From the NCBI GenBank assembly GCA_015488215.1, contig WFOE01000240.1:9-64008 (forward strand): DNA of 64,000 bases. Reading direction: 5' to 3'. The translations under genes and the position numbers were made by a program. Under the pieces are notes generated by a model, which had not been told where the DNA came from, ran no database searches, and saw only the letters and a list, made by a program, of their open reading frames with translations. The DNA is from Planctomycetales bacterium (GTDB lineage: Bacteria > Planctomycetota > Planctomycetia > Pirellulales > S012-138). Positions 58,893 to 64,000 of the stretch are shown piece after piece. Each line of letters starts with the position of its first letter. Position 1 is the first letter of the stretch.

Positions 58893-58938
58893 TGGTTTCT
58901 GGAGAAAACCGGTTGCCGAAGCCTCGGCCTGTTTCCGG

Positions 58939-59391
58939 TTAGGCGGCCTTCTTTTGGGCCTTTTTGGGAGCAGCCTTCTTCTTGGGAGCCGGAGCAGCTT
59001 CCTTGGCCGCGCCATGGCAGCTACTGGCATGGCAGCTACTGGCGTGGCAACTGCTGTGGCAGCCGTGGCAGCGGCGGAACAGCCGCAGACCGTGGCACCG
59101 GCGAGCATGGCAACCGTGGCACCGACGACGGGCATGGCAGCTACTGGCATGGCAACTGCTGTGGCAGCCGTGGCAGCGGCGGAACAGCCGCAGGCCATGG
59201 CACCGGCGAGCATGGCAACCGTGGCAAGCAGCATCACCATGGCAAGCGGCAGCGCCGTGACAGGCATCGCCATGACAAGCATGGCAGCCGTGACAGTGTC
59301 CCGCTTGCACCGTTTCGGTGGTCCCTTGCACCATGGCCAGGCCGACCACGGCAACAAACGCGGCAATCCCCATCAAAAGCACTCGGTTCAT
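58939..59391 (-). CDS. Small secreted Cys-His repeat protein (20 CH dipeptides, 6 CXXCH) with a Lys/Ala/Pro tail
   Basis: ATG 59391 is preceded by GAGGAGGA 7 nt upstream. The signal peptide is MNRVLLMGIAAFVAVVGLAMVQGTTETVQA. The core is GHCHGCHACHGDACHGAAACHGDAACHGCHARRCHGLRLFRRCHGCHSSCHASSCHARRRCHGCHARRCHGLRLFRRCHGCHSSCHASSCHASSCHG and the tail is AAKEAAPAPKKKAAPKKAQKKAA. Codons are GC3-rich (TGC CAC GGC), consistent with the host. Confidence 0.7.
   Translation of the reverse strand: MNRVLLMGIAAFVAVVGLAMVQGTTETVQAGHCHGCHACHGDACHGAAACHGDAACHGCHARRCHGLRLFRRCHGCHSSCHASSCHARRRCHGCHARRCHGLRLFRRCHGCHSSCHASSCHASSCHGAAKEAAPAPKKKAAPKKAQKKAA
59022..59226 (-). repeat. 105-bp (35-aa) tandem duplication inside the Cys-His repeat gene
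   Basis: GGCAACTGCTGTGGCAGCCGTGGCAGCGGCGGAACAGCCGCAG(A/G)CC(G/A)TGGCACCGGCGAGCATGGCAACCGTGGCA occurs from 59046 and again from 59151. GCATGGCAGCTACTGGCAT flanks recur at about 59030 and 59132. Confidence 0.9.
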
Positions 59392-59514
59392 CCCAACATC
59401 CTCCTCTGTAAACTGAGGTGCCGCCAAGTTCTCTCGGGCATTCACCCCCTCGCTCGGCGGCTGGAAAAGCGCGGGGGAACGTCACTCGTACTGCACACCC
59501 AGTTGCTGGCCCGA

Positions 59515-59545
59515 GTAAGCTATCTGTCAAAATAGAATAGCTTAC
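59515..59545. promoter_or_regulatory. Perfect 9-13-9 inverted repeat in an AT-rich divergent intergenic region (candidate operator)
   Basis: GTAAGCTAT (59515-59523), a 13-nt spacer, then ATAGCTTAC (59537-59545). The spacer contains TTGACA on the minus strand (59525-59530). It lies about 125-155 nt upstream of the Cys-His gene ATG and about 310 nt upstream of the divergent DUF1614-like gene. Confidence 0.45.
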
Positions 59546-59851
59546 CAAACTGGGGTAAAGGGGAAATCTAGCGGCCAACATAACAACCGCGCAGACGATG
59601 TCAAGCAGAAAAGAGAAAATTGGGAAAGAGAGGGGGCTTTTGCGGCTCTTGGGGCGATTTTCCCCTTCGCTCAACTCTTTGGGAACCTGCCGGGACGGAG
59701 CCTCTGAGAAGCGGGGCCCCCAAACGGCTTGCCGAGTCCAAGTGCTGGTCCCGACCGGAACATTTGGCTACAACAGCAGGCGTTGGTGCGGCAGTACGAT
59801 GCCTGCCGGACCATTGGCTCCTTCGTTGAAAAGGCCACCGGAAACCCCGTC

Positions 59852-60583
59852 ATGTCGCAGCCCCCTCTTGCGCCGCGGCCCCCATTGGCCGGATGCCTGG
59901 TGCCGGCTCTGATTCTGCTGCTCCTGTGCCTGATCCCGGTTTATTTTCTGCGGTTCATCGAAACGGCCCTGGGACACCTGCACCTGACCCCCACTCAGGC
60001 GGCCCTGGCCATGTTCGGCATCCTCTTCGGCAGCCTGATTAACATCCCCGTGTACCGCATTCCCCGGGACGAGGAAGTCACCTACGTCTGGGATCCCTGG
60101 GGGCTGAGCCAGATGGTGTTTCCCCAGGTGCCGATTCGTCGCGAGACAATCATCGCGGTAAACGTGGGCGGATGCGTCATTCCGGTGCTGGTGGCCATCT
60201 GGCAGATTCGCTTCATCGTGGGGGCAGGCCCCTGGCCCGTCGCGGCACTGCTGGTAGCCATGGGAGCCAACATTGCGTTGAGCTACCGGATGGCTCGTCC
60301 CATGCCGGGAATCGGCATTGTGATGCCCGCCTGGGTGGCTCCGCTGACAGCCATCGGCACCACGTGCCTTTTGCTTTCCGAGCCGCAGTACGATGCGATA
60401 CGAGCACCGGTGGCTTTCGTCGCCGGGATTACCGGTCCGCTCGTGGGGGCCGACCTGCTCCACTTGCGCCGCGTGCTGCGGCTGCCGGTGGGTATGCTTT
60501 CCATCGGCGGGGCCGGCACACTGGACGGGATTGTGCTTTCGGGGCTGCTGGCTGCCCTGGTCTGCGGCTGGATGGCCAGCTAA
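59852..60583 (+). CDS. Polytopic membrane protein (DUF1614-like)
   Basis: 243 aa from ATG 59852 with about 6 hydrophobic helices. NVGGCVIPVLVAIWQ and GIVMPAWVAPLTAIG resemble my recollection of DUF1614. Confidence 0.55.
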   Translation: MSQPPLAPRPPLAGCLVPALILLLLCLIPVYFLRFIETALGHLHLTPTQAALAMFGILFGSLINIPVYRIPRDEEVTYVWDPWGLSQMVFPQVPIRRETIIAVNVGGCVIPVLVAIWQIRFIVGAGPWPVAALLVAMGANIALSYRMARPMPGIGIVMPAWVAPLTAIGTTCLLLSEPQYDAIRAPVAFVAGITGPLVGADLLHLRRVLRLPVGMLSIGGAGTLDGIVLSGLLAALVCGWMAS

Positions 60584-60917
60584 GCGGGGTGGGTTTGCTT
60601 GCGGCCCTGGCCACATCTCAGGACGCCGTGGCCCTCCACAGGAAAATGTGCTGGTCGGGCTTGGCACGGGCTGCTGATTCGGTACATGCCGTCGATGGAC
60701 ACAAGCTGTTGAGACGGATTCCGCCGTCAGACGGCCATGCTGCTGAAATGGATTTTCAACAAGGCTCAGTTGCCCCAATGTTGACCAAATGAAGCGGTTG
60801 GGTTGAGTATAAAAAATCCGCTTTTTTCCCTGGTTTTGAGCAATTTTTCTCTTGCAATCTTGCCCGAATCGAGAAAAAAAGAAAATGCCAGGGGTTCTAA
60901 CAGAGGAGGTCGCAGCG

Positions 60918-63623
60918 ATGAATCGCACCAGCCAGGGGTTCTTCTCTTCGTTACTGCGCTTCTTATGCAAAAAGAATAGCCCGGCCGCTGGTTCGTTGCA
61001 GATCGAGGCATTGGAAGGACGCCTGATGCTTGACGTCGGGCTGTTCCCCTCTCTGGATCAAAACACGCTGGAGCAGACAATCCAGCAACTGCCCGACCAG
61101 CCGGTACCGGACGATCCCGCGCCAGGATTGGGCTTGGGACAGTTTCGGGCGCTTTCGGCAAGCAGTCCTGGCACCTGGTCTGGGACCAGTTCGGGACAGG
61201 GCAGCTCGAGCCAGGATTCGTTGCACGACCACGATGACTTCGACGACGATGACGACCACACGGACGTCTATAACGTCAACGTGCCGGTGACCAACAATCC
61301 GGTCGGCCCGTTGAACACGTACCTGGTGTCCACCGATGACCCGGGCAGGCTCACGTTGAGCAACGGCGTGGTGGTCGATTACGACGATTCGGACATTCTG
61401 GCCCTGGTGGTGGACAGCCGAGGCCAGTTGGTCAACGCAGGCATTTACTTCGACGGCAGCGACGTCGGGCTGACCACCGGCAAGGAAGACATCAAAGGAT
61501 TTACCCTGGACGACCAGGGGAATATTTACATCACGCTCAAGGGCAAGGGACTCGTCAACACGCCCCAAGGCAATCTGGTCGTCGGCGCCAACGACATTCT
61601 CAAGTTCACGCCCACTTCGCTGGGAACCACTACGGTCGGCACCTGGGACTGGTACTTCGACGGTAGCGACGTCGGGCTGTTCGGCAGCGACGAGCGGATC
61701 AGCGGCCTGAGCTTCCTTTCCAACGGCGACTTGCTCCTGACGCTACACGAACGCGGCAACGTACCGGGACTGGGGAGCGTCCAGGCCGGCGACGTGCTCC
61801 GCTTCCGCTTTACTACCCAAGGGTTCGGCACCACCGCCGGAACCTGGAGCCAGTGGTTGAGCGGTGCCACGCTGGGGCTGACCGGGCATGATCCCGAAAT
61901 GAGTGCCCTTTGGGTTTCCGCCGACGGGAACCGCGTCGGCTTTTCGGCCGAAGACGACTACCGCCACGGCAACTGGCGCGCTCAGGACGAAGACCTGCTG
62001 CTGTACAACCGCTCCACCGGAGCGGTTTCGGTGTTGCTGAACACCACGCGGCTGGGACTGGGCCACCAGGACGTCGACGGCCTCCATATCCTCAGCGGCG
62101 ACGCTTTGGCTGCCCTGGGCAACACGGGCAGCGGGGGTTCGACCGGAACAGGAAGCGGCAGTGGCAGCGGCAGCGGATCAGGAAGCGGCAGCGGCTCCGG
62201 CGGGGGTACCGGCAGTGGAAGCGGCTCGGGCAGCGGCAATTCCAACACGCCCACGCCCAACGGACCGCTGACGACTTACCTGCTTTCCACCGACGATCCT
62301 GGTGCCCTCCGGCTGCCGGACGGTTCCGTGTTCACTTACGACGATTCGGACATCATCGCCCTGGTGGTGGACAGCACCGGCCAGTTAATTTCGGCCGGGA
62401 TGTATTTCGACGGCAGCGACGTCGGGCTGACTACCAACAACGAAGACATCAAAGCCTTTGCCTTGGACGCCCAGGGGAACATCTACATCACGCTCAAAGG
62501 CAAGGGACTGGTCAACACGCCCCAGGGCAACCTGGTCGTCGGCGTCAACGACATTCTGAAGTTCACGCCCACTTCGCTGGGAACCACTACGGCCGGCACT
62601 TGGGACTGGTTCTTCGACGGCAGCGACGTGGGCCTGTTCGGCAGCGACGAGCGGATCGAGGGCCTGAGCTTCCTGCCCAACGGCGACCTGCTCCTCTCGA
62701 TCCACGAGCGGGGCAACGTACCCGGGGTGGGCAGCGTCCAGGCCGGCGACCTGTTGCAGTTCCACTTCACCACCCAGGGCTTCGGCACCACGGCCGGAAC
62801 TTGGTCGCGGTGGCTCGGCGCCTCGACGCTGGGGTTTGGTCCCTCGGAAGCTGAGCTAAACGCGCTGTGGATTTCCGGCGACGCTAACCGGGTGGCCTTC
62901 TCGGCCGACGACGACTATCGCCACGGCGGCTGGCGGGCCCAGGACGAAGACCTGCTGATGTACAACCGCTCCACCGGAGCCGTTTCCGTGTTGTTGAACA
63001 CCACGGCCATGGGCATGCGGAGCCAGGATGTGGATGGACTGCACATCCTCAGCGGCGACGCCTTGGCCGGCATCGGCAACAGCAGTGGTAGCGGAGGGAC
63101 CAGCAAAGCCTTGTGGTTATTCGCCGCCCGAAGCCTCGATCCTGCCGGCAAGCAGACGGATCGGGAAGTGCCGGATCCCCGCGATCCCGACCTCCGTTCT
63201 TCGGCCGACGACCTGCTGCCGCAGATCGACGACGGCCTGCTGGATGACCACCCCACCCAGCAGACCAGTCCGTTAACCGGCATGTTGGACGACCAGCACC
63301 CAACCAGCAGCGACCTGCTGCCGCAGATCGACGACAGTCTGCTGGATGACCACCCCACCCAGCAGACAAACAACCTGGCCGACGATAGGGACGGCCAGCA
63401 CACTTGGGCACCAGACGATCAGCCGAGCGGAGAGCACACCTCTCTCTTCGACGACGACCAGCAGACGCATTCTTCTCATCCGTCTGGTGACGATTCCCTG
63501 TGGCGAACCGACGACGATTCGCTTCGCCGTTTGGGGCAAGCCACGGACGATGTGTTGGCCGGCATCGGTGAGCTGGATTATTACGAAATCCTGGCCCGGC
63601 GCATCTCCGCCCAGTTGCGTTGA
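60918..63623 (+). CDS. Large secreted repeat protein (two 319-aa propeller-like units, a (GS)n linker, an acidic D/Q-rich tail)
   Basis: GAGGAGG lies 8 nt upstream of ATG 60918. The N-terminus is MNRTSQGFFSSLLRFLCKKNSPAAGSLQIEALEGRLMLDV. The FDGSDVGL motif recurs four times. Near-identical halves start at GPLNTYLVSTDDPG and GPLTTYLLSTDDPG. The C-terminal DLLPQIDD(G/S)LLDDHPTQQT occurs twice. Confidence 0.85.
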   Translation: MNRTSQGFFSSLLRFLCKKNSPAAGSLQIEALEGRLMLDVGLFPSLDQNTLEQTIQQLPDQPVPDDPAPGLGLGQFRALSASSPGTWSGTSSGQGSSSQDSLHDHDDFDDDDDHTDVYNVNVPVTNNPVGPLNTYLVSTDDPGRLTLSNGVVVDYDDSDILALVVDSRGQLVNAGIYFDGSDVGLTTGKEDIKGFTLDDQGNIYITLKGKGLVNTPQGNLVVGANDILKFTPTSLGTTTVGTWDWYFDGSDVGLFGSDERISGLSFLSNGDLLLTLHERGNVPGLGSVQAGDVLRFRFTTQGFGTTAGTWSQWLSGATLGLTGHDPEMSALWVSADGNRVGFSAEDDYRHGNWRAQDEDLLLYNRSTGAVSVLLNTTRLGLGHQDVDGLHILSGDALAALGNTGSGGSTGTGSGSGSGSGSGSGSGSGGGTGSGSGSGSGNSNTPTPNGPLTTYLLSTDDPGALRLPDGSVFTYDDSDIIALVVDSTGQLISAGMYFDGSDVGLTTNNEDIKAFALDAQGNIYITLKGKGLVNTPQGNLVVGVNDILKFTPTSLGTTTAGTWDWFFDGSDVGLFGSDERIEGLSFLPNGDLLLSIHERGNVPGVGSVQAGDLLQFHFTTQGFGTTAGTWSRWLGASTLGFGPSEAELNALWISGDANRVAFSADDDYRHGGWRAQDEDLLMYNRSTGAVSVLLNTTAMGMRSQDVDGLHILSGDALAGIGNSSGSGGTSKALWLFAARSLDPAGKQTDREVPDPRDPDLRSSADDLLPQIDDGLLDDHPTQQTSPLTGMLDDQHPTSSDLLPQIDDSLLDDHPTQQTNNLADDRDGQHTWAPDDQPSGEHTSLFDDDQQTHSSHPSGDDSLWRTDDDSLRRLGQATDDVLAGIGELDYYEILARRISAQLR
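61305..63077 (+). repeat. 957-bp internal tandem duplication (about 90% nt identity by eye) including a (GGC/AGC)n Gly-Ser microsatellite at about 62121-62238
   Basis: Unit 1 starts at 61305 and unit 2 at 62262, a period of 957 nt or 319 codons. Long identical runs include ATCACGCTCAA.GGCAAGGGACT.GTCAACACGCCCCA.GGCAA.CTGGTCGTCGGCG.CAACGACATTCT.AAGTTCACGCCCACTTCGCTGGGAACCACTACGG. Confidence 0.9.
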
Positions 63624-63661
63624 GCGCGGGGACGTCCGCCTGATGGGAACTTGCGGCCCAA

Positions 63662-63700
63662 GGGAAGAAGGCTTCCGGCTTTCTCCCCTTCTTTTTTCGT
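63662..63700 (+). terminator. Candidate rho-independent terminator after the repeat-protein gene
   Basis: An imperfect stem GGGA(A)GAAGGC / GCTTTCTCCC around a TTCCG loop is followed by CTTCTTTTTTCGTTTTC. Confidence 0.45.
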
Positions 63701-63787
63701 TTTCGAGCGGGGGATGCGCGAAAAGAGCAGGCACCGACAAGCAAAAAGTCTGGCCTGGTATGCACCGCAGCGGGGCGCAAGAGTTCC

Positions 63788-64000
63788 CTACTTGGGCCCC
63801 ATCCGCAGCGCCCCGTCAAGCCGAAGCGTGCACCCGTTGAGCATGCGATTGGTAATGACGTGCAGGGCCAGTTGGGCAAACTCTTCCGGCTGGCCGAACC
63901 GCGGTGGAAAGGGGATCTGTTCCAGCAACGACTGGCGGACCTGCGGAGGCATGTTTTCCATCATGGGGGTTTCGAACGTACCCGGGGCGATTGTCACCAC
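63788..64000 (-). CDS. Short-chain dehydrogenase/reductase, C-terminal fragment (gene continues beyond the window)
   Basis: [13 protein letters not shown]...[34 protein letters not shown] is the typical SDR C-terminus (3-hydroxyacyl-CoA dehydrogenase type-2-like). It is truncated by the window edge. Confidence 0.8.
   Translation of the reverse strand: MVTIAPGTFETPMMENMPPQVRQSLLEQIPFPPRFGQPEEFAQLALHVITNRMLNGCTLRLDGALRMGPK

Noticed and set aside
58754-58938. Simple co-transcription of the Cys-His gene with the HTTM operon
   Set aside because: A strong hairpin plus T-tract terminator (58846-58892) separates them, so obligatory co-transcription is not supported. Only partial read-through is proposed as a hypothesis.
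58761-59535. Alternative reading frames across the Cys-His repeat region (201-aa minus-strand A/M/P/V-rich ORF and 219-aa plus-strand MAATG-repeat ORF)
   Set aside because: Only the 58939-59391 frame combines a strong RBS, a signal peptide, host-like GC3 codons and a downstream terminator. The others are by-products of the same repeat. This remains formally unproven (see finding).
62121-62238. GGC/AGC microsatellite as a non-coding simple repeat or assembly gap filler
   Set aside because: It is in frame within the large ORF and encodes a (GS)n linker between two homologous units. It is retained as part of the CDS, although it may be length-variable.
1-64000. Scan for tRNA, rRNA, tmRNA, IS/transposase, integrase, prophage or defence-system genes
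   Set aside because: No tRNA T-arm or acceptor signatures (GGTTCGA.TCC type) were found in intergenic regions. No rRNA-like conserved blocks were found, and no ORF has transposase, integrase or Cas hallmark motifs. A manual scan cannot exclude small or divergent ncRNAs.

Overview
This is a GC-rich (about 60-65% by eye) bacterial chromosomal window with about 45 supportable protein genes. I found no rRNA, tRNA, CRISPR array, transposase or integrase. Several features suggest a Planctomycetota (Pirellulales-like) genome, but this is inference: Tat-signal Gfo/Idh/MocA oxidoreductases, xylose-isomerase-like TIM barrels, a PQQ-type propeller, a giant low-complexity envelope protein, and an N-terminal LQIEALEGRLML export-like motif. 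Housekeeping content: tkt, hslVU, gltA, rpsA, prfB (needs a +1 frameshift that the ORF track misses), csrA, cysK, and a threonine/aspartate-family block (hom, an ApgM-type 'proposed homoserine kinase', a four-ACT aspartate kinase). The minus strand carries a chemosensory cluster, cheA(Y)-cheW-mcp then cheB-cheR, apparently split by an intrinsic terminator, followed by a hybrid histidine kinase. The most interesting items are: (1) at 58939-59391, a small signal-peptide protein whose core holds 20 Cys-His dipeptides (six literal CXXCH motifs), a 105-bp tandem duplication and a Lys/Ala/Pro tail. It has its own hairpin terminator just upstream of a membrane protein and an HTTM (gamma-carboxylase/SdpB-like) gene. 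(2) A family of mosaic, hairpin-module intergenic repeats at six or more loci (1-430, 4509-4874, 9596-10107, 15873-16224, 25975-26075, 48722-49110), including a roughly 65-nt unit conserved almost base-for-base at three loci. (3) A CbiA/CobB-like protein lacking both the P-loop and the ECGG catalytic Cys. (4) A translationally coupled flavoprotein/radical-SAM pair. (5) A 901-aa secreted protein made of two roughly 90%-identical 319-aa units joined by a (GS)n linker. Many long ORFs in the supplied track are antisense or out-of-frame artefacts of high GC and are rejected. All coordinates for non-coding elements were read by eye and may be off by a few nt.
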